Source: a virus
Taxonomy: Duplodnaviria; Caudoviricetes
Strand: one strand, 5' to 3'
Length of the DNA: 64,000 bases
IMG/VR virus record: IMGVR_UViG_3300023179_000070
Span: 18,053 to 82,052 of that record
Under the pieces are notes generated by a model. It had not been told where the DNA came from and ran no database searches. It saw only the letters and a program-made list of their open reading frames with translations. The position numbers and the translations under genes were made by a program. Shown here one piece after another: positions 50,049 through 58,609 of this stretch. The number at the start of each line of letters is the position of its first letter. Position 1 is the first letter of the stretch.

Positions 50049-50531
50049 ATTAAAATTATAAACTGGTTCTTTCATAAGTGGATATTCTATTGTAAATCCT
50101 TTACTTTTTATTTTCTTTTCTAAACTTAAAGGTCTTCCAAGGTTTGTTTTAAAAGCGCAAATGCATTTTTTATTATTAAATCCATCTATAATTAAATCCA
50201 TATATTGTCCATATTCTTTTTTTAATTTATGCTCGTCTCTTAAAGATATACAATTTTTATTTTTTAAACATCCTACATTTACTGAATAAAGCCCTTTTGA
50301 TCCTAAACCTATATTTAAATTTAATTTAAAATCTATTTTTAAATTAGGATAGATTTTTAAAATTTCATTTTTAATAATATCTTCTTTGTTTTGTGGGCAT
50401 ACAATATCTAAATCGTTCCATCCAGTATCTGTTAAATATCCATTTAATATAAATTCTCTTACGTATCCACCAGCAATATAACCATCGTTATTAAAAATAA
50501 TATTTAAAATAAAATTATGATCAAAATACAT
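50043..50531 (-). CDS. minimal nucleotidyltransferase (polyA polymerase/CCA head-like), paralog 1
   Basis: IAGGYVRE..WNDLDI; paralog of 52375..52809. Confidence 0.65.
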   Translation of the reverse strand: MYFDHNFILNIIFNNDGYIAGGYVREFILNGYLTDTGWNDLDIVCPQNKEDIIKNEILKIYPNLKIDFKLNLNIGLGSKGLYSVNVGCLKNKNCISLRDEHKLKKEYGQYMDLIIDGFNNKKCICAFKTNLGRPLSLEKKIKSKGFTIEYPLMKEPVYNFNL

Positions 50532-50532
50532 C

Positions 50533-50630
50533 TTATTAAGATAAAATTACTATCCATTTTGAAACTAAGAACGCTAGTGCCACAATCATAACCAAGGATA
50601 ATCTGTATTAGATGTTAGAGCGCATGGCAT
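50533..50630 (-). pseudogene. internally deleted remnant of a Cys-rich family gene
   Basis: 50630-50596 matches the first 35 nt of 21561..22220 at 34 of 35 positions, then frameshift and stop; GTGTAT promoter retained at 50640-50645. Confidence 0.75.
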
Positions 50631-50672
50631 ATATAATATATACACCCTTTTCAAATAAGTGTAATTATATAC

Positions 50673-51005
50673 GTGAATTTAGATATTACATTATTATTTA
50701 ATATAGTTTTAGGATCATTATCCTTTTTAGGTGGATGGTTATTTACTAGAGTATTTTCACTATTTGATAAACAAGAAAAATTAGTTAAAGATATTAATGA
50801 TAAGACTTTTAGTGATTTTATTACTTTAAGAAAAGAAATGGAATTAGAAGGAAGAAAACATCAACAAGAAATAGCAGATTTAGCATTAAAAATAAGTACA
50901 ACTTACGTTACTAAAGAATCTTTTGATGATTATTTTGATAGAATAGAACAAAAATTAGATCGCAATTTTGATATAATACAGCAACATTTAATAAATAAAA
51001 AATAA
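50673..51005 (+). CDS. single-TM coiled-coil protein (holin-like?)
   Basis: N-terminal TM, YVTKESF..RIEQKLD; late promoter. Confidence 0.5.
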   Translation: MNLDITLLFNIVLGSLSFLGGWLFTRVFSLFDKQEKLVKDINDKTFSDFITLRKEMELEGRKHQQEIADLALKISTTYVTKESFDDYFDRIEQKLDRNFDIIQQHLINKK

Positions 51006-51043
51006 TCTTTACATTATTTTAATATATCAGTATTATACTACTG

Positions 51044-52036
51044 ATGGTTAATCATATAGATATTATATTTGGTTTAGCTTGGGGAGACGAAGGAAAGGGC
51101 AAAATAAGTAATGCTATTAGCAAAAATTATGATATTATTTGTCGTTGGAATGGTGGGCCAAATGCAGGTCATACAGTCTATATTAATGATAAAAAATATA
51201 AAACTCATATTATTCCTTGTGGAGTATTTCAAAATAAGCTTAGCATCATTGGTCCAAATTGTGTTATCAATATTGATAAATTTTTTGATGAAATAGATTA
51301 TCTTAAAAGAGAAGGATTTGATACTTCTTTAATTAAAGTAAGTCCAAAAGCACATATTATTACTGAAAGACATATTCAATATGATCTTAAATTTTTAAAA
51401 CCAAAATTAGGTACAACTGGACAGGGAATTGCACCAGCATATGCAGATAAAGCCCTAAGAATAGGTAAATTAGCAGGAAATTATTTAGATAAACAATATA
51501 TTTGGAATGGCGAACTCTATGGTAATATTCTATGTGAAGGCGCACAAAGTTTTTGGTTAGATTTAAATTATGGAGATTATCCTTATGTTACAAGTAGTGA
51601 AACTTTGCCTTATTCTGCTTGTTCATTAGGTTTTAGTCCTAAAAAAATTAGAGATATTATTGGTGTAGCTAAAATTTATGATACAAAAAGTGGAGTAGAT
51701 CCATTATTTCCAGAATCACTTTGGCAAGATGATGAATTAAATATGCTAATAGAAATTGGTCAAGAGTTTGGTTCTACAACTGGTAGAAAAAGGATAGTTA
51801 ATTGGCTAAATTTAAATAAACTAATAGACGCAATTAAAATTTCTGGAGTCAATAAATTAATAATAAATAAATGCGATATTCTTGAAAAAATACATACTTA
51901 TAAATTATTCCAAAATAATAATCTTTATAAATTTAACACATTACAAGCAATGGAATCTTTTATAAGATCTCAAATAAATCACATATTAAATGAGTATATT
52001 GAAATAATTTTCTCTGGAAATAAATCTTTAATTTAA
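51044..52036 (+). CDS. purA: adenylosuccinate synthetase
   Basis: WGDEGKGK, GGPNAGHT, GTTGQGIAPAYADK, EGAQ, YPYVTSS, TTGRKR. Confidence 0.95.
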   Translation: MVNHIDIIFGLAWGDEGKGKISNAISKNYDIICRWNGGPNAGHTVYINDKKYKTHIIPCGVFQNKLSIIGPNCVINIDKFFDEIDYLKREGFDTSLIKVSPKAHIITERHIQYDLKFLKPKLGTTGQGIAPAYADKALRIGKLAGNYLDKQYIWNGELYGNILCEGAQSFWLDLNYGDYPYVTSSETLPYSACSLGFSPKKIRDIIGVAKIYDTKSGVDPLFPESLWQDDELNMLIEIGQEFGSTTGRKRIVNWLNLNKLIDAIKISGVNKLIINKCDILEKIHTYKLFQNNNLYKFNTLQAMESFIRSQINHILNEYIEIIFSGNKSLI

Positions 52037-52052
52037 TAGTGTAAACTATTAC

Positions 52053-52268
52053 GTGAGTAATCTAAGCGAAGCATTGGCTATTTGTTCTGAATTTGCAGAT
52101 GAATATGGTATAGATTCTAAAGATAATAACAAAATTATAGTTTATATGAAAAGTGAATATATTAATGAATTAAAGAAAATGCTTGAAAATAAAAATTATA
52201 AATTAAAATCATTTCAAGTATATGGTGATGAAGCAATAGTTTATTTTATTCCAAAAAAGAGAAAATAA
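52053..52268 (+). CDS. hypothetical protein
   Basis: 71 aa; GTGTAA at 52039. Confidence 0.6.
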   Translation: MSNLSEALAICSEFADEYGIDSKDNNKIIVYMKSEYINELKKMLENKNYKLKSFQVYGDEAIVYFIPKKRK

Positions 52269-52269
52269 G

Positions 52270-52341
52270 AGCCAGAAATCGGATTCGAACCGATGACCTA
52301 CGGTTTACAAAACCGTTGCACTACCGCTGTGCTATTCTGGC
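52270..52341 (-). tRNA. tRNA-Thr(TGT)
   Basis: GCCAGAA/TTCTGGC acceptor, ACGGT-TTTGTAA-ACCGT anticodon arm, TTCGAAT T loop; no encoded CCA. Confidence 0.95.
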
Positions 52342-52374
52342 TTATTTTTATTATATCTAATATATGATAGATAA

Positions 52375-52809
52375 TCAATTTTTAAATGATAAATAAGGAA
52401 ATTCAATTGTCCAGCCAGTACTTATTAATAATTTTTCACGATCTAACTTTCTTCCGATATGCCTTTTTCTTAAATATATACAAATTTTATTTTTAGCCAA
52501 ATCCACATAATTTTTTTCATCACCAAAATATTCTACAGTTTTAAATTGTCCATCATATTGTAATAAATCACAAGAATATGGACTTTTATATCCAGTAAAT
52601 TTGTTAGGTCTAAAATCTAAAATTATATTTGGATATAAACTATGAATTTCTTTTGCTATTTTTTCTTCAGAATCTAGCGGGCATTTTATATCTATGTCTT
52701 TCCAATTATTATCTGAAGGACTACCATTCCATATCCATTCTCTAACATATCCACCAATTATAATACCATTATTTTTAATAATAGTATTTATTATAAAATT
52801 ATGATCCAT
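52375..52809 (-). CDS. minimal nucleotidyltransferase, paralog 2
   Basis: IIGGYVRE..WKDIDI. Confidence 0.65.
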   Translation of the reverse strand: MDHNFIINTIIKNNGIIIGGYVREWIWNGSPSDNNWKDIDIKCPLDSEEKIAKEIHSLYPNIILDFRPNKFTGYKSPYSCDLLQYDGQFKTVEYFGDEKNYVDLAKNKICIYLRKRHIGRKLDREKLLISTGWTIEFPYLSFKN

Positions 52810-53633
52810 TAAATAAATTCTAATTTAGAAATTGTACTAGCACCAGAATGCCTACAACTAGGAGTATCTGCAAAGATTTTTGAATAAAATTTTAATGGAG
52901 CTGCTGTTGATTGACCTAAAATTTTTACATTAACACTAAATTCACCATTATCTCTCCATCCAGATGCTCCACCATCACAACCCGCAGCGCCATTAGTAGT
53001 TGTTGATGTACATACACCATATGCACTCATAGCAGTAAAAGTAAATCTTGGATAAAAATAATAAACGTCTCCTTCTTTTTTCATTTTCATTTTAATAGAA
53101 GGCGCAAACATATCAGCAATTACTTGATCTTCACTAACTCCTGTCAATTCTATTCCATTACCAAGATGAGTTTTCGTAAGAATATCAACAGTATATGTAA
53201 AAACGGCAGGACACATTAAAAATCTCTTTTCTATAGGTTCACAAGTTAAAATATTATTTTGTGATATATATGTACATCTCTTTTTTTGAAAAAATTTGCT
53301 AACTGTACCAGTACCACAAGAACTAGTATCAGAAACTATTCCAGAAAATAACCAAGTCCAGGTTTGCCAGTATAACTGCATAGCTTGTTTTAATGAAAGT
53401 TTTAAAGGATATTCTGTATTATCTCCAACCCCATCTGCTTCTAAATTGCAACAAAATGGGAAAGCCCCCACCTTGCCATCCTCATCAAGAATAGGACAAC
53501 CTTCATCATTAGTTGGAGTTTTAAGACCACAAGCACAAGTTTTAAATGCATCATCATTTCCAGAATATACTTGAATCAATATTGTTTTAAGATAATCTGG
53601 ATAATAAGCTGAAAGTAGAGTACCACATGCCAT
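52809..53633 (-). CDS. Cys-rich protein, constant-N/variable-C family member 2
   Basis: paralog of 21561..22220; TAATG-coupled to the NTase gene. Confidence 0.75.
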   Translation of the reverse strand: MACGTLLSAYYPDYLKTILIQVYSGNDDAFKTCACGLKTPTNDEGCPILDEDGKVGAFPFCCNLEADGVGDNTEYPLKLSLKQAMQLYWQTWTWLFSGIVSDTSSCGTGTVSKFFQKKRCTYISQNNILTCEPIEKRFLMCPAVFTYTVDILTKTHLGNGIELTGVSEDQVIADMFAPSIKMKMKKEGDVYYFYPRFTFTAMSAYGVCTSTTTNGAAGCDGGASGWRDNGEFSVNVKILGQSTAAPLKFYSKIFADTPSCRHSGASTISKLEFI

Positions 53634-53685
53634 ATGTATTAAATTTACACTTGTTTTTTATTAAAAAATCAATATAATATATAAT

Positions 53686-53898
53686 ATGAAGATATTTTTA
53701 TCTTATATCCTATATGTTATAGGAGATACTATAAGCAGAACATTTATATGTTATTCATTTGGATTTAAACTTTATAATAAAGTTATGCTATGGAGCGTAG
53801 ATTTAGATAAAGAAGGTAAAATTTGGAAATATATCAAACCAAAAAAGGGTAATAAAAATGGCAAGTCTAAAAGAAATTGCAAGTCTAAAATTAAGTAA
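53686..53898 (+). CDS. hypothetical protein
   Basis: 70 aa ORF. Confidence 0.55.
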   Translation: MKIFLSYILYVIGDTISRTFICYSFGFKLYNKVMLWSVDLDKEGKIWKYIKPKKGNKNGKSKRNCKSKIK

Positions 53899-54064
53899 AA
53901 AACAAAAAAAGAAACTTTTGGCGAAAGGTAAGCTAAGAGATCCATTTGAAATATGGGTAGATCATCATAACCATAAACTTGAAATTATTAGAACTTGCAG
54001 CAGTTTTATCGGAATGTTAGTATCATGTTTAGTTATGTTAAAGGTTTTTGGTATATTAAAATGA
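53858..54064 (+). CDS. small membrane protein
   Basis: basic N-terminus, C-terminal TM. Confidence 0.55.
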   Translation: MASLKEIASLKLSKKQKKKLLAKGKLRDPFEIWVDHHNHKLEIIRTCSSFIGMLVSCLVMLKVFGILK

Positions 54065-54354
54065 ACTGGATTAAAATATTAAATTTTATTGATGGAGTTT
54101 TCGAAGAACAAAAAGATCCACCAGTATTAGGAACTCTTTATAAGATTAAAGGAGAAGATCTACCTTTTAGATATATTAGATTTACTAATGATTTTTTGTC
54201 AAATAAACCAGTATATCATTTCAAACATCATCAATTAAAAGAATACAAATTTAATGATCTTTCTAAAGTTGAAAGAAAAGCTAATCTAGAGGAAATAAGA
54301 ATATATAATCTAATAAAAGACCATATAAATGAAGTTGCAGAGAATAATGATTAA
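54061..54354 (+). CDS. hypothetical protein
   Basis: ATGA-coupled start at 54061. Confidence 0.6.
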   Translation: MNWIKILNFIDGVFEEQKDPPVLGTLYKIKGEDLPFRYIRFTNDFLSNKPVYHFKHHQLKEYKFNDLSKVERKANLEEIRIYNLIKDHINEVAENND

Positions 54355-54359
54355 TTTTT

Positions 54360-54431
54360 TGCCTAGTAACTCAATGGTAGAGTGTTTCCCTGTTAAGGAA
54401 GTGGTTCTAGGTTCAAATCCTAGCTAGGCAG
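54360..54431 (+). tRNA. tRNA-Asn(GTT)
   Basis: TGCCTAG/CTAGGCA acceptor, TTTCC-CTGTTAA-GGAAG, TTCAAAT T loop; no encoded CCA. Confidence 0.93.
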
Positions 54432-54437
54432 TATTTT

Positions 54438-54953
54438 ATGAAATATAAAAATAATAATTGTAAATTTTGTAAAAGATTAATTTTAAATAAAGGCTCACTA
54501 GTTTCTCATATGCTATGTTGTATTAAAAATAAAAATAGAGTTAAAAGAATAAGATCCTCAAAAGCTGGTAGAAAGAAAGGGTCAATCGCTTGGAATAAAA
54601 ATAAAAAATTTCCAAATAAAATTTTAAATCGAATACTATTCCAAATAAAATCTGGAGAATATAAACAATTTTGTGAAGCAGTAATAAGAAGAACAGTTAA
54701 ACAATATTTAATATATAAATATGGTAATAAATGCATGATCTGTGGTTTAACAGAATGGCAAAATCAAAAAATACCATTGGTATGTGATCACATTGATGGA
54801 AATCCACAAAATATCAACATAACAAACTTTAGAGTTATTTGTAATAATTGTGATTCATTATTGCCGACATTTAAAGGAAAAAATAAAGGCAAAGGTAGGA
54901 AAGCGAGATATTCTGGAACGATGGCTGAGAGGTCTAAAGCAGAAGCCTACTAA
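54438..54953 (+). CDS. HNH homing endonuclease between two tRNAs
   Basis: CMIC..LVCDHIDGN..N..NFRVICNNC; AWNK motif. Confidence 0.85.
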   Translation: MKYKNNNCKFCKRLILNKGSLVSHMLCCIKNKNRVKRIRSSKAGRKKGSIAWNKNKKFPNKILNRILFQIKSGEYKQFCEAVIRRTVKQYLIYKYGNKCMICGLTEWQNQKIPLVCDHIDGNPQNINITNFRVICNNCDSLLPTFKGKNKGKGRKARYSGTMAERSKAEAY

Positions 54954-55002
54954 GCTTCCGATGGTTTAATATCATCCGTAGGTTCGAATCCTACTCGTTC
55001 CG
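54915..55002 (+). tRNA. tRNA-Ser(ACT)
   Basis: GGAACGA/TCGTTCC-G, GAAGC-CTACTAA-GCTTC, long variable arm GATGG..TCATC, GTAGG-TTCGAAT-CCTAC. Confidence 0.9.
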
Positions 55003-55003
55003 A

Positions 55004-56227
55004 TTAATTTCTTTTTTTGGTAGTTAATTTTCCAGTTCCACCACTTTTTATTATATTATCAGACCAAAGAATTACAGATTTTCCAGCTAAAGTTGAACCC
55101 CAGCCAGTAACAAAATTCTTCTTACGATAAAATCTTAAATTTGCAGGAGTATTTTGAAAAGAATTTGATTGAACAGAAGGGGCATTTCCAAAAAAATTAA
55201 TTCTAGTTAAACTTGTACAATTATTAAACGCAAATCCACCAAGTGTTAATAAATTTTTAGGAAGGGTTATGTTAGTCAATTTTGAACATGATTCAAAAAA
55301 TCTATTACCTAAAGACGTTATTCCATCTGGAATATTAATTTCTTTTAAATTACTACAACCTTGAAAGCAGTTATTTCCCATACTTACTAAGTTTTTAGGT
55401 AAACTTATACTAATTAAATTTGTACAACTTTGAAAAGCTATGTCAGATATAGCTAGAACAGTTTCTGGCACAATAAAATTATTTTGCGGTTTATTTGCTA
55501 AGTATTGAATCAAAGTAGTTATATTTTTATTATATATTACATTATCAATTGAGGAATAAGATGGATTTAAAGGATCAATTATAATAGTAGTTAAACTTGC
55601 GCATCCTTGAAAAGGTGCAGAACCGATAGTTGTAACGCTTGCTGGAATTGTTATACTAGTTAAATTTGTAAAACTAAAAGCTGAAGCTCCAATTGTAGTT
55701 AATGTATTTGGTAAAGATATACTATTTATTGGCGTACGAGTAAAAGCACCTGCCTCAATTATTGTTAAATTATTACTTAGAGTAATATTAGATAAAGTAG
55801 AACAAAGTTGAAATGCTTGACCATTAATAATCGTCAGACTATTCGGAAGAACAATATTATTTAATTGAACGCACCCATAAAAAGCCGAAAATCCAATTGA
55901 ATTTAAACTATTCCCAAATGATATCGTTGTTAAATTACAAGATTCAAAAGCATTATCTTCAATGATAGTGACTCCATTTCCAATCGTAGCCGTAGTTAAA
56001 CGACCACATTGACTAAAAGCCGAAATTCCAATAGAAGTAACATTATCTGGGATGATAATGTTAGATAATGCAGTAAAAGCGAAACAAAAAGATTCAATTC
56101 GAGTTACGGTATTGCCTATTGATACGCCAGTTAATATTTTACCAGAAACTCTACTACTGGAAGTAAGAACCGTATCCGAACTTATACTTGTAGTTCCATC
56201 ATTATAATAAAAAATTGTATCTGCCAT
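55004..56227 (-). CDS. BspA-type leucine-rich repeat protein
   Basis: many IPxxVTSIGxxAFxxCxxL repeats. Confidence 0.9.
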   Translation of the reverse strand: MADTIFYYNDGTTSISSDTVLTSSSRVSGKILTGVSIGNTVTRIESFCFAFTALSNIIIPDNVTSIGISAFSQCGRLTTATIGNGVTIIEDNAFESCNLTTISFGNSLNSIGFSAFYGCVQLNNIVLPNSLTIINGQAFQLCSTLSNITLSNNLTIIEAGAFTRTPINSISLPNTLTTIGASAFSFTNLTSITIPASVTTIGSAPFQGCASLTTIIIDPLNPSYSSIDNVIYNKNITTLIQYLANKPQNNFIVPETVLAISDIAFQSCTNLISISLPKNLVSMGNNCFQGCSNLKEINIPDGITSLGNRFFESCSKLTNITLPKNLLTLGGFAFNNCTSLTRINFFGNAPSVQSNSFQNTPANLRFYRKKNFVTGWGSTLAGKSVILWSDNIIKSGGTGKLTTKKRN

Positions 56228-56249
56228 ATATAACTTAATTTACACTTTA

Positions 56250-56703
56250 ATTTGCTAACAAAAAAATGCCAAATATAATTGACAAAATTATAATATACTT
56301 ATATAATAAATAATATGAATAAAATTAAAATATTAGCACTAACTCTATTATTTTCTGCTTCTTTAGGCTTAACTGATAGCGGAACTCAAAACGAATCTAC
56401 TCCAGTCGCAGATAGTTTTCTATCTGCTGGAGATCTTGTAGTTGTTCGCCCAATCTCAACCGCAGCTACTATTGGTGCATTTGGAATTTTTGCAGTAATA
56501 GCACCATTTACTGAAATGGCTGGATGCACAGAAGAGACTTACGAGGGCCTTGTAGAAAAGACTGGTAAGTTTTCTTTTGATCGTGATCTTGGCGATTTCA
56601 AAAAGTAATATTTGCTAACAAGATTTAGCCAAATATAATATTATATTTGCTAATAGAATATTTCCAAATATAGCTCTATTTGCTAACGAAAAAATGCCAA
56701 ATA
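56250..56703 (+). repeat. four copies of ATTTGCTAA-N10-CCAAATA
   Basis: copies start at 56250, 56610, 56645 and 56678. Confidence 0.8.
56315..56608 (+). CDS. small secreted/membrane protein
   Basis: signal peptide, DLVVVRP..TM; own TTGACA-17-TATAAT promoter. Confidence 0.7.
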   Translation: MNKIKILALTLLFSASLGLTDSGTQNESTPVADSFLSAGDLVVVRPISTAATIGAFGIFAVIAPFTEMAGCTEETYEGLVEKTGKFSFDRDLGDFKK

Positions 56704-56704
56704 A

Positions 56705-56902
56705 ATGAACGAAAAATGTTCAAATATGAATCAATGTCAGCCAAATAAAGGGGCTGGAAAAGGTGATAAACCAAGAAATTGTTTCTCTAATAGGTTTAAG
56801 CAAAACTTTGATAGTATAAACTGGTCAGATGAAAAAGATAAGTCGTTGATTAAAAAAGAATTAAAAAACCATAATGGTTCATCAACATACATTTACAAAT
56901 AA
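56705..56902 (+). CDS. hypothetical phage protein
   Basis: GAGKGDKPR..NFDSINW. Confidence 0.6.
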   Translation: MNEKCSNMNQCQPNKGAGKGDKPRNCFSNRFKQNFDSINWSDEKDKSLIKKELKNHNGSSTYIYK

Positions 56903-56947
56903 TATATAAATATTGACAGATTTGACAAAGAGTAATATACTCATAGT

Positions 56948-57844
56948 ATGAGAAAAGGAGTTTGCTGTATCGTTTTAAGTCTTGCTGAACAAGATAATCC
57001 TATCAAGTTCAATACTATGACTTATGCTCGTTTCTCATCTATGGATAGAAAAGAAGCTCTTTCTGCTCTATCTTCTAGAATCCTTAACAATATGATTGTT
57101 ACATATCAATACATAAAGTATTGTGCTGACCATAATCATACTTACCGAATTTCTTCTGACTTATTTCCTCTTATTACTTATGACAAAGCTAATGTATCAT
57201 TACAAGATTTGCCAGACTACGAGAGAATACTAAATCAGTTTAATAATATCAAGAATCTAATTCAATCCAACAACGCAAGAGTTTCTTGTCATCCTAGCGA
57301 ATTTAATGTTCTTGCTAGTGATAATGATAATGCAGTAGACAAAACAATCAAAGAATTAAATCACTATGGTTGGTTTATGACCCAAATCGGTTGCTCACTA
57401 AACTATGATTCTCCTATGAATATGCACATACATAATTCCAAAGGTAATCTAAACGATATAGTAAAAAAGTTTATGAAGAATTTTGATAGACTATCAGATG
57501 ATGTTAAGTCTAGATTAGTCATAGAAAATGATGATAAAGATACTTGTTGGTCAGTTAAGAAACTTATGAAGCATTTTCATTCTGTATCTAATATTCCTAT
57601 CACCTTTGATTATCTTCATCACAAATGCCATCCAGATAATCTATCAGAAGAACAAGCATTTCATCTTGCACGAATTACTTGGGGTAATCATACGCCACTA
57701 TTCCATTACTCTGAAAGTATTGATGGTCACAAAAATCCCAGAAAACACGCCGATTATGCAACTCGTTTGCCAGATACATACGGACATAATGTAGATATAG
57801 ATTTTGAATTAAAGATGAAAGAACAATCTTTTGCAAAACTATGA
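56948..57844 (+). CDS. uvsE: UV damage endonuclease
   Basis: YRISSDLFP, SCHP, IEND, TFDYLHH, FHYSE, RKHAD, ELKMKE. Confidence 0.92.
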   Translation: MRKGVCCIVLSLAEQDNPIKFNTMTYARFSSMDRKEALSALSSRILNNMIVTYQYIKYCADHNHTYRISSDLFPLITYDKANVSLQDLPDYERILNQFNNIKNLIQSNNARVSCHPSEFNVLASDNDNAVDKTIKELNHYGWFMTQIGCSLNYDSPMNMHIHNSKGNLNDIVKKFMKNFDRLSDDVKSRLVIENDDKDTCWSVKKLMKHFHSVSNIPITFDYLHHKCHPDNLSEEQAFHLARITWGNHTPLFHYSESIDGHKNPRKHADYATRLPDTYGHNVDIDFELKMKEQSFAKL

Positions 57845-57930
57845 CTCATAAAGTATATGAAATGTTTGTTGTTATCCTTGGTGTAATTGCTAACATCGTG
57901 CTTATAATTAACGCAATACATCATTGGTAA
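57841..57930 (+). CDS. 29-aa hydrophobic peptide
   Basis: MTHKVYEMFVVILGVIANIVLIINAIHHW; ATGA and TAATG coupling on both sides. Confidence 0.55.
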   Translation: MTHKVYEMFVVILGVIANIVLIINAIHHW

Positions 57931-58592
57931 TGAATAAATATTTAATAATATCAGATATTCACCTTGGAGATAAACATTCCAGAGCAGATTTAGTTTTAAA
58001 AGTATTAAAAGAAAACAAAGCAAAAACAATTATAATTGCTGGTGATCTTTTTGACCACCACAATTTACATAGGTTAAATAAAACCCATTGGAAAGTATTA
58101 TCTAAATTACGCAAACTTTCTAAAAAATGCAAGATAATTTATTTGATTGGCAATCATTGTTTTCTTAAAGCAGAATTTATGAGTATTCTTCTTGGTTTTA
58201 ATTGCAAAGACGAACATATCATAGAATTAAAAGATGAAAAGATATTAGTGGTTCACGGAGATATATTTGATATTTATTTTACAAAATATAAATGGATTAC
58301 TAATTTTATTATTAAGGTATATTACCTAGTTAGACACTATACTCCATTTGCAGATGATTTCTTTAAATTATTTAAACACCATACAAACGATTTTGTAGAG
58401 AAAAGCTCAGATATTAAACAAAATGCCTTGAATTATATTGATATGAATGGATATGATAGTATAATTTGTGGTCATACTCATCTTCCAGAAAATGCTGATA
58501 AATATATAAATACTGGTAGTTTTTGTGAAAAAGAATGTGGATATGTTGTTATAGATAAAAAAGGCAAAATAACATTGACAAAAATTAAATAA
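57930..58592 (+). CDS. metallophosphoesterase (LpxH-like)
   Basis: ISDIHLG, GDLFD, GNH, HGD, CGHTH, NTGS. Confidence 0.85.
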   Translation: MNKYLIISDIHLGDKHSRADLVLKVLKENKAKTIIIAGDLFDHHNLHRLNKTHWKVLSKLRKLSKKCKIIYLIGNHCFLKAEFMSILLGFNCKDEHIIELKDEKILVVHGDIFDIYFTKYKWITNFIIKVYYLVRHYTPFADDFFKLFKHHTNDFVEKSSDIKQNALNYIDMNGYDSIICGHTHLPENADKYINTGSFCEKECGYVVIDKKGKITLTKIK

Positions 58593-58609
58593 AAGATATT
58601 ATATAATAT

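Noticed and set aside
51044-52036. PurZ (Z-genome) assignment
   Set aside because: It retains the GDEGKG Asp typical of PurA (canonical PurZ has Ser), and no datZ/mazZ-like neighbours are seen
56610-56703. Possible mini-CRISPR array
   Set aside because: Repeats are degenerate in the middle, gaps are under 10 nt and no cas genes are nearby
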